Below, piece by piece: positions 23,960 to 33,395 of a stretch of 64,000 bases of DNA; positions within the stretch are counted from its first letter, which is position 1, and the number at the start of each line of letters is the position of its first letter. A program made the translations under genes and the position numbers. Source of the DNA: an uncultured Candidatus Marinamargulisbacteria bacterium (lineage in GTDB: Bacteria > Margulisbacteria > Riflemargulisbacteria > GWF2-35-9 > DYQY01); assembly GCA_964643725.1 (NCBI GenBank), contig CAZXTL010000002.1:5574-69573 (forward strand). The letters run 5' to 3'. Under the pieces are notes generated by a model that was not told where the DNA came from, ran no database searches, and saw only the letters and a program-made list of their open reading frames with translations.

Positions 23960-25027
23960 ATGGATATAACTGACCTAGTCACACAAGAACCAATACACAA
24001 AAAAGAACTTCCTGATTTTTCTAATCTTGTATTTGGAAAACATTATACGGATAGAATGCTTACTATAAAATATTCAGCAGATAAAGGCTGGTACGATGCA
24101 AAAATAGAAGAATTTGCTAATTTTAGCTTTTCTCCAGCAATGACAAGTCTACATTATTCACAGGAAATTTTTGAGGGACTCAAGGCTTACTTCAGAGAAG
24201 ATGGAAATATAGGGTTATTCAGACCAAAAGAAAACTTCTTAAGAATGAATAGTAGTGCCAGAAGAATGTGTATGCCAGAACTGGATATAGATTTCTGCTT
24301 GAAAGCACTATATAAACTGATAAAACTGGAAAGAAAATGGATACCTAGTCTGGACAGTTCCAGTCTTTACATACGACCAACCATGATAGGAACTGATGCC
24401 ATGATTGGACATAAAGCATCACAAGATTATCTATTTTATACCATCCTTAGCCCAGTTGGCGCTTACTACCAAACAAAGGGTGGACTTAGAATAATAGCAG
24501 AAGACAAATATGTTCGTGCTGTTGCTGGAGGAACCGGAGAAGCTAAAACTGGTGGGAACTATGCTGCTTCTTTGTTAGCCAATATAGAAGCTCAACAAAA
24601 AGGTTACTCTCAAGTACTTTGGCTTGATGGAGTTCATAGAAAATTCGCAGAAGAAGTTGGCACAATGAACATATTCTTTGTATATAAAGACAAATTGAAA
24701 ACTCCTGCACTCAATGGAAGCATCTTGCCTGGAATAACCAGAAAAAGTGTTATTGCACTTGCTGAGCATCTTGGAATAGAAGTTGAAGAATGTGCGCTAG
24801 ATATAAATGATATAGTTGCAGATATAGATGCTGGGAAAATAACTGAATGTTTCGGCTCTGGAACAGCTGTTGTTATAACTCCTGTAAGTGTTATTGGATA
24901 TAAAGGTGCTGATCACAATATAAATTCTAGATTATCTGAAGGACTAACTGAAAGAATGTATAAAGAACTTACTGATATCCAATATGGAAAAACAGCTGAT
25001 CCATTTGGCTGGACGGTAGTTCTTTAA
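23960..25027 (+). CDS. ilvE: Branched-chain amino acid aminotransferase (class IV PLP-dependent)
   Basis: 355 aa; long-form BCAT blocks (…YIRPTMIGTD…, …GTGEAKTGGNYAASL…, …ITPVSVIGY…). Confidence 0.9.
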   Translation: MDITDLVTQEPIHKKELPDFSNLVFGKHYTDRMLTIKYSADKGWYDAKIEEFANFSFSPAMTSLHYSQEIFEGLKAYFREDGNIGLFRPKENFLRMNSSARRMCMPELDIDFCLKALYKLIKLERKWIPSLDSSSLYIRPTMIGTDAMIGHKASQDYLFYTILSPVGAYYQTKGGLRIIAEDKYVRAVAGGTGEAKTGGNYAASLLANIEAQQKGYSQVLWLDGVHRKFAEEVGTMNIFFVYKDKLKTPALNGSILPGITRKSVIALAEHLGIEVEECALDINDIVADIDAGKITECFGSGTAVVITPVSVIGYKGADHNINSRLSEGLTERMYKELTDIQYGKTADPFGWTVVL

Positions 25028-25028
25028 C

Positions 25029-25135
25029 GTTACTTTTGCTTGATCAAAAGTAACCAAAAATCAAGACCATTCTCGGTTACACCTTCGAAGATAGCCACTA
25101 AGCTCCTCTGTCGCTAAGTGGAGCTATACCGCAAA
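25029..25135 (+). repeat. Copy A of a duplicated ~105-nt two-hairpin element (candidate sRNA or repeat)
   Basis: GTTACTTTTGCTTGATCAAAAGTAAC (perfect 10-bp stem hairpin) … TTCGAAG … AGCCACTAAGCTCCTCTGTCGCTAAGTGGA (second hairpin). The same blocks recur at 31311-31417. Confidence 0.6.
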
Positions 25136-25486
25136 ACTCACTCCCTATAATCTGGGATATTTCTAGTCACCTTGTGAGCTACTGCCATTTTCATAATATA
25201 GCACTGAACCTGCAGGAGCATTGCAACCTCTCCCAGCAGAAGATATAAATATTTTCTTAGCAGTTGAACTTGCTGCTAACCCTCTCCTTTTCATAATTGA
25301 AATGGAGAGGGTGACGGCACTAATCTTCATTGAAATACACTTATGGCTTCCGTGGGTGAGGTTCGTCGAAATATCTAAGATTTTATATTTGCTCAATTGC
25401 GCTGGGACACTGTTTTAAGAATATTAATTTGTTATAGTGATAATTTCAAAATGGTCGTTACCTCAACGGAGCAAGGGAAATTATAT

Positions 25487-26596
25487 TTATTCCCAAACTA
25501 TATCGTAACTTACACTCCTTCCTTTACCATCATTTTGTTTTAGAATATTAATCTCAACTAAATATTGAAGCTCCCTAGTAGCAGTTGCTCTACTTATGCC
25601 TGTAATTGATGCGTATTTCTTATTAGTCATACCACCTTCAAATCCATTCTTGCCAGCATCTAAAAGTTTATTGATAACTTTTTTGTTTCTATCATTTAGT
25701 TCTAGTTGAGTGTGTTTATACCAGAAGCTAGATTTTTCTAATATGAGCGTTATTAATCCCTCTGACCTTTCAATCGATCTTGCAAAACAATCCAAAAACC
25801 AACTTATCCAAGAAGTAATATCAACGGTTCCTTTTTGTGAATTTTCTAGAATATCATAATAGTTCTTTCTGTCTGCGTTTATTTGAGACGACATGCTGTA
25901 ATACCTCATAGACTGGTTGTCATCTTGAGCTAATGCCATATCTGTTAATGCTCTGGCTATTCTGCCGTTTCCATCATCAAAAGGGTGTATTCCTACAAAC
26001 CAGAAATGAGTTATTGCAGCTCTTAATAATCCATCAAGATGATCACAACTATTTTTCCACCAATCAATAAATACTGTCATAGCTTCATCAACTTGATCTG
26101 CTGGAATGGCTTCATAATGAATTGTTTCCTTGCCATATCGTCCAGATATTACTTGCATTTGTTCATCTCTCCATTTACCAACCTTGATTTTATGCATTCC
26201 TGAATATCCAGCAGGGAAAAGGGCAGCATGCCATCCAAAAAGTCTATCTTTTGTTAACGAAGATTTATGTTTTTGGGTTGCATCCAGCAATACATCTATA
26301 AGTCCGTCAGTGTGTCGGTCAACTAAAAATCCTGCATCAGGTAATCCCAGTTTTCTGGCTATTGAAGATTTTACTGAGTCACGATTTAGGGTTTCCCCCT
26401 CGATAGCTGATGTTGTTATTGCTTCTTCAAATAAAATATCAACTTGAGCTTGCTGTTCATATTGAAACCCCATCGAGGATATTTTTGCTAATAGCTTTCC
26501 TTGCAGAAAACGACAATGACTTATTTGCTTTAAAAGAACTTTGTCATCCCATGTAAAGTTAGGCCATTCTTTGTTTTGCCATATATAATTAGTCAA
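25487..26596 (-). CDS. Fic family protein with C-terminal winged-helix domain
   Basis: 369 aa; canonical Fic motif HPFDDGNGRIARAL; C-terminal HTH-like …SITGISRATATRELQYLVE…. Confidence 0.9.
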   Translation of the reverse strand: MTNYIWQNKEWPNFTWDDKVLLKQISHCRFLQGKLLAKISSMGFQYEQQAQVDILFEEAITTSAIEGETLNRDSVKSSIARKLGLPDAGFLVDRHTDGLIDVLLDATQKHKSSLTKDRLFGWHAALFPAGYSGMHKIKVGKWRDEQMQVISGRYGKETIHYEAIPADQVDEAMTVFIDWWKNSCDHLDGLLRAAITHFWFVGIHPFDDGNGRIARALTDMALAQDDNQSMRYYSMSSQINADRKNYYDILENSQKGTVDITSWISWFLDCFARSIERSEGLITLILEKSSFWYKHTQLELNDRNKKVINKLLDAGKNGFEGGMTNKKYASITGISRATATRELQYLVEINILKQNDGKGRSVSYDIVWE

Positions 26597-26660
26597 TTAA
26601 TTCCCCTAATCGCCTCATATTTTGATTCAATTATGCCATATAATCGCCTCATATGCAAAG

Positions 26661-26948
26661 TTACACTAATCTTATTTCACCAGCATTAAATTTATGGATG
26701 AGTCCTTGTATTAAATTTTGATATGGAATACCAAGCTCTAAACTCTTTTTTTTGATATCATACAAATCATCTTCGGACACTCTTAAAGAAATGGCTATTT
26801 TAGCCTTTTGTGTAAACTCAACATATTTTTTCAACTCTTCAGCTCTTTTGTTTAAATTTTTAGAGCTATTCCACTCGTTATTCTCATAACTTTCTAAAAT
26901 ATCTTTTTCATAATTATCTAAATTTGTTTTCTTAGCCATTCTTATCAC
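26661..26948 (-). CDS. brnA: BrnA-like antitoxin (ribbon-helix-helix)
   Basis: 95 aa; …AISLRVSEDDLYDIKKKSLELGIPYQNLIQGLIHKF… matches the BrnA family pattern; overlaps the upstream toxin gene by 4 nt (ATGA). Confidence 0.65.
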   Translation of the reverse strand: MIRMAKKTNLDNYEKDILESYENNEWNSSKNLNKRAEELKKYVEFTQKAKIAISLRVSEDDLYDIKKKSLELGIPYQNLIQGLIHKFNAGEIRLV

Positions 26949-27235
26949 CCCTTAAATTTTTTATTCATTTTTCTGCTTGGTATTATTGTTTTCAAAAATA
27001 TCTCATCTTCTGTTTCTACATAAGGAACTATATGAATATACCCCTTAATATCAACCACTAACAATCTTTGTCCCTTGTATTTATCTTGATTGGGATGCTC
27101 CATATCATCTAAGATTTTGTTTTCGCTGATTGATAAAATTATATCCTCAAACCCAACACCTCGAGATTCTTTTAATAAACTATTCTTTTCTTTATCAAAT
27201 CTAATATGTTTCACATATATACCTCGTATATACAT
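26945..27235 (-). CDS. brnT: BrnT-like toxin (DUF497-type ribonuclease toxin)
   Basis: 96 aa; …FDKEKNSLLKESRGVGFEDI… …LLVVDIKGYIHIVPYVETEDEIFLKTIIPSRKMNKK resembles the BrnT fold signature; translationally coupled to brnA. Confidence 0.6.
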   Translation of the reverse strand: MYIRGIYVKHIRFDKEKNSLLKESRGVGFEDIILSISENKILDDMEHPNQDKYKGQRLLVVDIKGYIHIVPYVETEDEIFLKTIIPSRKMNKKFKG

Positions 27236-27297
27236 AGTATACCACTAAATTTATTTACTAAACATGCAATTTTATTATTAAGGGCTCATTGCCGCCC

Positions 27298-27831
27298 TTA
27301 AAGAGTGGAGTCTACTTCTCTAATCATCGGCAACAACTTTGATTCATTTACCTCTGGCTTGTCATGATGTTTAGCAACAACCTGTAACACTTCATTATCA
27401 GTACAGCCTACATCTAACAACATTTTTCCTCCTATGAGACCATGCGTATTCAAAATAAATAATTTGCGTCTAAAAGATAATCTAGAATTCTTCTTGGCAA
27501 GAGAATTAATAAACTTTCCATCTTTAATAGAACTTAATAAAACATAAGCTATCCTGTAATTTAAACCTATGTCTGCTGAGCTTTTGCCAATATCATGCAA
27601 TAAAGCTACTCTGGCCATTTTTGGTCTATCTATCCAGTCTTTCTCTAAAGTTTTTTCTAAAGCTTTCTGTGCCACCATTAAGGCATGTCGTTGATCAAAA
27701 CCTTTCATCCTAAAAAATAGTATCTGTTCCTGATGGTTAAGATACTTTCTAACAAACTCTACCTCCAAATAAGATATTTTGAACTTACGAGCTGCAATAA
27801 ATTGTTTGATTCTATATAGAGGTCTAGCCAT
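27298..27831 (-). CDS. HD-domain phosphohydrolase (YqeK-like)
   Basis: 177 aa; H…(HALMVAQ) and LLHDIGK metal-binding HD motif; …KHHDKP… distal His/Asp. Confidence 0.7.
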   Translation of the reverse strand: MARPLYRIKQFIAARKFKISYLEVEFVRKYLNHQEQILFFRMKGFDQRHALMVAQKALEKTLEKDWIDRPKMARVALLHDIGKSSADIGLNYRIAYVLLSSIKDGKFINSLAKKNSRLSFRRKLFILNTHGLIGGKMLLDVGCTDNEVLQVVAKHHDKPEVNESKLLPMIREVDSTL

Positions 27832-27845
27832 TACCTATCCTTACT

Positions 27846-29375
27846 TTAATGTTTAAAATGCCTAATTCCTGTTACCAACATTGCCATCTTATTATCATTA
27901 CATACTTTTACGCTTTCTTCATCCTTAACAGATCCTCCAGGCTGAATAACTGCTGTTATGCCTGCTTTTGCTGCTAGTTCTAAGCTGTCACCAAATGGGA
28001 AAAACGCATCCGATGCCAAGACCGAACCTTTTGCTTTATCGCCTGCTCTTTTGATGGCAAGCTCTGTAGCTTCCACTCTGCTCATCTGCCCTGCTCCTAC
28101 ACCTACCAATACGCCATCTTTAACTAAAATGATAGCATTACTCTTAACCGTAGGTAATATATTCCACCCTATTTCCATATCATGAATTTCTCTCTCTGTT
28201 GGCTGTCTGTCTGTAACAGACTTCCAATCATCTGCAGTAGTTGGGTCGATATCTTTTTCTTGAACAAGTATTCCGCCATCTACTTTACGAACATCAAATT
28301 CTCCTATATCTTCATAAAAATCTTCCTTGGCAAGTAATCGAAGATTCTTCTTTTCACTAAAAATCTTCACCGCTTCTTCTGAAAATGAAGGAGCAATAAT
28401 TACTTCCACGAAAATCTTTGCTATCTCTGTTGCAGTTGCTCCATCACACTCTCTATTCAACGCAACAATTCCACCAAAGGCTGAAACAGAATCAGCAGCA
28501 TAGGCTTTATTGTATGCTTCTACGATATCTTCAGCTACTGCTGCGCCACAAGGATTTGTGTGTTTAACAATAACCGCACAAGGCTCCATGAATCGTTTGC
28601 ACATGCTATAAGCAGCACTCGTGTCTAAATAGTTATTAAAACTCATCTCTTTGCCCTGCAACTGTTCTATATTGAGAAGTCCTGACGGAGAGCCTAGCTG
28701 ATAAAGAGCTGCTTGCTGATGGGAGTTCTCGCCATACCGTAAAATCTGACTCCTCGTAAGACCAAAAGACATCTCTTCTAAAAACAACTCATCATTTGCA
28801 AAAATTGGTGCAAAATATGAAGAAATTACTGAGTCATACCTTGCTGTATGAGAAAAAGCTTCTAAAGCGAGTCTTTGTCTTAACTTAACAGAAACCTTAC
28901 CAGTCTCACGTAATTCAGCAAGAACCTCAGGATATCTTGCAGGATTTACTAACACTATAACATCCATAAAATTCTTAGCAGCTGAACGAATCATAGTCGG
29001 TCCACCAATGTCTATCATCTCGATTATCTCGTCTAAACTAACGCCTGGTTTTGCGATGGTCTCTTCAAATGGATAAAGATTTACAACAACAATATCAATA
29101 AGAGGAATGTTTAATTCCTTAACTGTATCCATGTGTTCCTTGTTGTCACGTTTAGCGAGTATCCCGCCATGGATATTTGGATTAAGAGTTTTTACTCTGC
29201 CATCCATAATCTCTGGATAATGGGTAAGCTCTGTAACTGACTCAACCTTTACTCCAACTTCGTTTAGCCTTTTTAAAGTTCCACCTGTGGAAAATATCTC
29301 TACTCCAAGCTCTGCTAATCCCTTAGCAAAATCCTCTATACCATCTTTCTTAAATACACTTATTAATGCTTTCAT
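27846..29375 (-). CDS. purH: Bifunctional AICAR transformylase / IMP cyclohydrolase
   Basis: PurH blocks (MGS-like N-domain …ISTGGT…, AICARFT domain). The ORF track starts at a GTG (29420). The ATG at 29373-29375 (MKALISVFKKDG…) follows a GAAGGGAG RBS and is preferred. Confidence 0.93.
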   Translation of the reverse strand: MKALISVFKKDGIEDFAKGLAELGVEIFSTGGTLKRLNEVGVKVESVTELTHYPEIMDGRVKTLNPNIHGGILAKRDNKEHMDTVKELNIPLIDIVVVNLYPFEETIAKPGVSLDEIIEMIDIGGPTMIRSAAKNFMDVIVLVNPARYPEVLAELRETGKVSVKLRQRLALEAFSHTARYDSVISSYFAPIFANDELFLEEMSFGLTRSQILRYGENSHQQAALYQLGSPSGLLNIEQLQGKEMSFNNYLDTSAAYSMCKRFMEPCAVIVKHTNPCGAAVAEDIVEAYNKAYAADSVSAFGGIVALNRECDGATATEIAKIFVEVIIAPSFSEEAVKIFSEKKNLRLLAKEDFYEDIGEFDVRKVDGGILVQEKDIDPTTADDWKSVTDRQPTEREIHDMEIGWNILPTVKSNAIILVKDGVLVGVGAGQMSRVEATELAIKRAGDKAKGSVLASDAFFPFGDSLELAAKAGITAVIQPGGSVKDEESVKVCNDNKMAMLVTGIRHFKH

Positions 29376-29460
29376 TTTTATTTTCGCTCCCTTCACTAAC
29401 GTCTCAGCTCCCAGACACACCCTCTGTCAAAAATCATTCACGAAGCTCATGTTTATGACA

Positions 29461-29514
29461 TCTCCCTCTCAAGAGGGAGAAAAAATTACGCACGTTCCCC
29501 CTCTTGAGAGGGGG
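29461..29514. repeat. Pair of GC-rich palindromic hairpins between purN and purH (member of a dispersed hairpin family)
   Basis: TCTCCCTCTCAAGAGGGAGA (29461-29480) and CCCCCTCTTGAGAGGGGG (29497-29514) share the core CCCTCT-YRAGA-GGG. The second abuts the purN stop codon. Confidence 0.6.
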
Positions 29515-30087
29515 TTAGGGGGTGTGTTCCCCGGCCACAATCTTAATCGCTTCCGTATAAATAATATGTTCTTTTTCTAATATCCTCTCAGACAAACTGT
29601 CTTCGTCATCACTAGGCAAAACAGGAACTGTTTCTTGTATAATTATAGGACCAGAATCTAATTCTTGTGTAACAAAATGTACTGTACAACCTGCAACTTT
29701 CACCCCTGCATCTAGGGCTTGTTGTTGCGGATGAAGACCCTTAAAATCTGGCAATAAGGATGGATGGATATTTAATATTTTATTAGGAAAAGCATTAATA
29801 AATACTGGAGTTAATATCTTCATATAACCAGCAAGTATTACTAACTCAACTCCATGTGACAGGAGAGTCTTTACCAACTCCGCATCATATTCTTCTTTGG
29901 TTGGAAAACTTTTTGGATCTAAATATATAGAAACAATCCCAAATTCTTCTGCTATTTCTAGCATCTTTGACTTCTTATTAGAAATCACAACAACTGCTTC
30001 AGCCTTCAGCATATTGTTTAATATATTTTTATAAATAGCCTGAAAATTAGAGCCTCTACCAGATCCTAAAAAACCGAGCTTTATCAA
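29515..30087 (-). CDS. purN: Phosphoribosylglycinamide formyltransferase
   Basis: 190 aa; …GSGRGSNFQAI…, …HPSLLP…; overlaps purM by 4 nt. Confidence 0.92.
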   Translation of the reverse strand: MIKLGFLGSGRGSNFQAIYKNILNNMLKAEAVVVISNKKSKMLEIAEEFGIVSIYLDPKSFPTKEEYDAELVKTLLSHGVELVILAGYMKILTPVFINAFPNKILNIHPSLLPDFKGLHPQQQALDAGVKVAGCTVHFVTQELDSGPIIIQETVPVLPSDDEDSLSERILEKEHIIYTEAIKIVAGEHTP

Positions 30088-31097
30088 CCTTCAATTATCC
30101 CCTCAAGGATTACCTTCTTAGAGCCTTTAGCAATGTTTCCAATAATTGTAATTGCTGGGTCTTCCTCTGTAATTTTGTCTGCTGTTTCTTGATCTGTAAC
30201 CATTACCATACCCACGCTCATATTAAATGTTTTATACATCTCATGGTCTGAAATATTACCTACTCGCTGGATTGCTTCAAAAATTGGAAGCTTTTCCCAA
30301 CTTGTGGTATCTATTACTGCGTCTAATCCTTCAGAAAGAACGCGTTCAACATTCTCTCTAAGTCCTCCACCAGTAATATTGGCAATAGCATGAATATCAT
30401 ACTTGGAACAAAGCAGTAATACTTTCTGAACATAAATGATTGTTGGAATTAATGCTTCTTCCGTTAATAATTGTCTAGCTTCCCCTTGCAATCTATCTAT
30501 TACTTTTCTAGCAAGAGTATATCCGTTACTATGTAGACCTGAAGATGCAAGCCTGAGAATAACATCTCCTGCCTTTACTTTCTCTCCAGTAATTATTTTC
30601 TTTTTATCAACTATTCCTACAGCGAACCCAGCTAAGTCGTAATCACCTTTTTTGTATACATCTCTCATCTCTGCTGTTTCGCCACCGATTAAGGCACATC
30701 TAGATTTTTTACATCCTTCAACAACACCATCTACGATTAAAGCTACTTTATCAGGGTCTAACTGATGTATACCTATGTAATCTAAAAAGAATAAAGGCTT
30801 TGCACCTAAACAAATAATATCGTTTACACACATTGCAACTAAATCAATACCAATCGTATCGTGTTTATCTTGCTCTATTGCTAATAATAATTTGGTGCCT
30901 ACGCCATCAGTACCTGAAACAAGAACAGGCTCTGTATACTCAGAAATATCTGGACAAAATAAACCACCGAAACTACCAAAGTTATCTAATACTTGTGAGT
31001 TAAAAGTACTCTTTACTTTAGGGGTAAATTTCTTAACTGATGCGTATCCAGCTTCGATATCAACGCCGGCATCTTTGTATGAAAGTGATTCGTTCAT
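30084..31097 (-). CDS. purM: Phosphoribosylformylglycinamidine cyclo-ligase (AIR synthetase)
   Basis: 337 aa; PurM N-terminal motif …DAGVDI… and AIRS domains. Confidence 0.93.
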   Translation of the reverse strand: MNESLSYKDAGVDIEAGYASVKKFTPKVKSTFNSQVLDNFGSFGGLFCPDISEYTEPVLVSGTDGVGTKLLLAIEQDKHDTIGIDLVAMCVNDIICLGAKPLFFLDYIGIHQLDPDKVALIVDGVVEGCKKSRCALIGGETAEMRDVYKKGDYDLAGFAVGIVDKKKIITGEKVKAGDVILRLASSGLHSNGYTLARKVIDRLQGEARQLLTEEALIPTIIYVQKVLLLCSKYDIHAIANITGGGLRENVERVLSEGLDAVIDTTSWEKLPIFEAIQRVGNISDHEMYKTFNMSVGMVMVTDQETADKITEEDPAITIIGNIAKGSKKVILEGIIEG

Positions 31098-31148
31098 AAG
31101 TTATTATTCTCCGTTCTTAATTCTATTTAAAGGTAATTTTCAGTGATT

Positions 31149-31157
31149 AGTATAACA
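31149..31157 (-). promoter_or_regulatory. Candidate extended -10 promoter (TGTTATACT) for purMNH
   Basis: Minus-strand TGnTATACT lies about 50 nt upstream of the purM ATG; an AACGGAG RBS follows. No purine-riboswitch-like sequence is seen. Confidence 0.3.
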
Positions 31158-31310
31158 TATCTAATAGTTTTTCAAAAAAGGGATTTCTTGACTTTATTTT
31201 TTTATATAATTCCTTTCCAAAAACAACCATTTTTTATTAGTGAGTCTAACTAGCTATAATAAAAGTAAACTTTTAAATTCTTTATGTTAAGGTCTCTTTA
31301 TTATCTTATT

Positions 31311-31417
31311 GTTACTTTTGCTTGATCAAAAGTAACGCAATGCAACTCTTGCCTACGGCTTCGAGGACAGCCACTAAGCTCCTGTGTCGCTAAGTGGACT
31401 GTTACAAGAGTGCTCCA
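31311..31417 (+). repeat. Copy B of the duplicated two-hairpin element
   Basis: Identical 26-nt GTTACTTTTGCTTGATCAAAAGTAAC, then TTCGAGG and AGCCACTAAGCTCCTGTGTCGCTAAGTGGA. It is embedded in a 740-nt ORF-free region between purM and ribF. Confidence 0.6.
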
Positions 31418-31753
31418 ACTCGCTGCGTGACTTTTGGGTAATTTTCTTCGCACCACTGCGTGGAGCTAAATGCTCGAAAATTACTACAAAGGCATCTTGC
31501 TCAAATTACGCACTCAGTTTAAAACGAATAAATATATATTTAATAAAATAAAAAATACTGTCCCGTAGCACTCTGAACGAATATAAAATCGTAGGTATTT
31601 CGAAATCATTTAACGGTGTTAGCTAAGAAAAAGACAATGTCGCAATGCTCCCGCAGGTTCAAAATTAAATAATAAAGATGGCAGTACGCTTACAGGGTGA
31701 TAAGAAATACCCCAGATTTTAATGAAGAGAATTTGCGTAGGGACGAGGGGATT

Positions 31754-31778
31754 AATAAGGGGCGCGGAGCCCCTTATT
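31754..31778. repeat. GC-core palindromic hairpin downstream of ribF
   Basis: AATAAGGGGC-GCGGA-GCCCCTTATT, a perfect 10-bp stem. No U-tract on either strand, so it is not a canonical intrinsic terminator. Confidence 0.5.
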
Positions 31779-31837
31779 GAAAAAGAATTTTAAAGTTTAC
31801 TTTTAATAAGCCAAGTTAGTGCAACTAACTAATAAAA

Positions 31838-32728
31838 TTATTTTATAGACTTAACATCTTTAGCTATTTGTTCCTTTAGCGCTTCAAAGGAAACAAACTT
31901 TTGAGATGGACGCAAAAACTTAGAAAAAGATAACTTAACTTTTTGCCCATAAAGATCTCCTGAAAAATCAATCAAAAACGCTTCTAACTCCAAGTGATCT
32001 TCTCTGTCGAGTAAACTTATTGCTACTTTATATTCTCTATTATCGTTCAAAAGAACCTTACCTGCATAAACCCCAGGCATCGGTAACTGTTTCTTATCAT
32101 CAATAACTAGGTTAATTGTTGGGAAGCCTAAGGTTCTACCAACTCCCTTACCTTTCACCACTTCTGAAATACAAAAGAACTCATACCCAAGCATACTATT
32201 AGCTTTGTTTAACCTACCAGAAATAAGATGTTCTCTAACTGTTGTACTCTTGGCTATTTCGCCATCAACTAAAACCGGAGGAATTACAATAAGCTCGACA
32301 TCTAGATTTCTTTTATGGATATATTGTTCTATCTCTAGAACTCCACCCTCAAGTCTTCTGCCAAACCGAAAATCCCAACCAACAATAATCTTCTTTGGTG
32401 CAAAAGTTTCCTCTATAAACTGCATAAAATAATCAGCAGATTGAGAAGCAAACCTTTTATCAAATTCTACAAATAAAAAATTCTTAAATAAACTCTTCTT
32501 TTCTTCCAACACAGTAAGACATTTTATATCTTTGGAAAACAATGCTTTCGGTAAAGGCCAAAACGCCAGTGCATAATCTGCTCTTTTAAGTAATTCAATG
32601 TGCCCTAAATGACAACCATCAAACGCACCAATGGCAATAGCTTTACCTTTAATGGTTGTGAGATTAACTCCCTGATTATATTTACTTAAAAGTTTGCTAA
32701 ACTTTTCATTCACTTTTATTTTCCTCAT
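31838..32728 (-). CDS. ribF: Bifunctional riboflavin kinase / FAD synthetase
   Basis: 296 aa; N-terminal adenylyltransferase motif GAFDGCHLGH and a C-terminal riboflavin kinase region. Confidence 0.88.
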   Translation of the reverse strand: MRKIKVNEKFSKLLSKYNQGVNLTTIKGKAIAIGAFDGCHLGHIELLKRADYALAFWPLPKALFSKDIKCLTVLEEKKSLFKNFLFVEFDKRFASQSADYFMQFIEETFAPKKIIVGWDFRFGRRLEGGVLEIEQYIHKRNLDVELIVIPPVLVDGEIAKSTTVREHLISGRLNKANSMLGYEFFCISEVVKGKGVGRTLGFPTINLVIDDKKQLPMPGVYAGKVLLNDNREYKVAISLLDREDHLELEAFLIDFSGDLYGQKVKLSFSKFLRPSQKFVSFEALKEQIAKDVKSIK

Positions 32729-33395
32729 AAAAAGAATTTAATTCTTTGGAATCTTTAAGTAAAAAATCACCAACAGCAGTTCGCACTAACTTACTACAAA
32801 CACCCACTGTTCCTAATACCACGCCTAAGTCAAAAGCCAAAGACCTAACATAGGTACCTTTGGATACTTTAGCCCTAAAACAAGCTTGTGGATATTCGGC
32901 ATCGGTAAAACTTAATAACTCAAAAGAATATATTTTTACTCTTCTTGAATCAATAACTACTTCTATACCTTCTCTAGCATACTCATATAACTTCTTGCCA
33001 TCTTTTTTAATAGCAGAGTATTTAGGTGGGAATTGATCAATCTCTCCTAGAAATTGTTGCATTGATTCTTCTATCTTTTCTTGAGTTAAGCCAACTGGAG
33101 GAAGATTAGTTACAACCGCGCCATCTAAATCGTGACTTTCTGTCTCTATCCCAAAAGTTACTTCAAATTCATATTCTTTATCTGTTCCTGTAAGCTCAGT
33201 TAATTGCGTAGTAAACTTTTTACCAACTGCAACAACTAAGACACCAGTTGCTAATGGATCTAACGTTCCTGCATGACCTATCTTCTTTTCACCTGACAAA
33301 TGTTTGAACTTATTAACAACATCAAAAGATGTCCAACCTTGTGGTTTATTTATATTATAAAATCCATGAGGAAAAGTAATTTTGTTTTCCATCAA
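32706..33395 (-). CDS. truB: tRNA pseudouridine(55) synthase
   Basis: 229 aa; catalytic-Asp block …GHAGTLDPLATGVLVVAVGK…. Confidence 0.92.
   Translation of the reverse strand: MMENKITFPHGFYNINKPQGWTSFDVVNKFKHLSGEKKIGHAGTLDPLATGVLVVAVGKKFTTQLTELTGTDKEYEFEVTFGIETESHDLDGAVVTNLPPVGLTQEKIEESMQQFLGEIDQFPPKYSAIKKDGKKLYEYAREGIEVVIDSRRVKIYSFELLSFTDAEYPQACFRAKVSKGTYVRSLAFDLGVVLGTVGVCSKLVRTAVGDFLLKDSKELNSFYEENKSE

Noticed and set aside
25163-25418. 77-aa (-) and 65-aa (+) ORFs in the ilvE-Fic intergenic region
   Set aside because: Mutually overlapping, no RBS, odd composition; they span a GC-rich palindromic hairpin. More likely non-coding (possible sRNA/repeat region).
31098-31837. Considered RNase P RNA, tmRNA, SRP RNA, 6S RNA or a purine riboswitch in the long purM-ribF spacer
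   Set aside because: None of the hallmark conserved blocks is visible on either strand: no GGAAAGTCCGG or AGGGTGAAA…GGTGCGGTAAGAGCGCACC for RNase P, no tRNA-like GGTTCGANTCC plus ACCA end with a tag ORF for tmRNA, no SRP domain IV motif. Kept only as an unknown candidate ncRNA.
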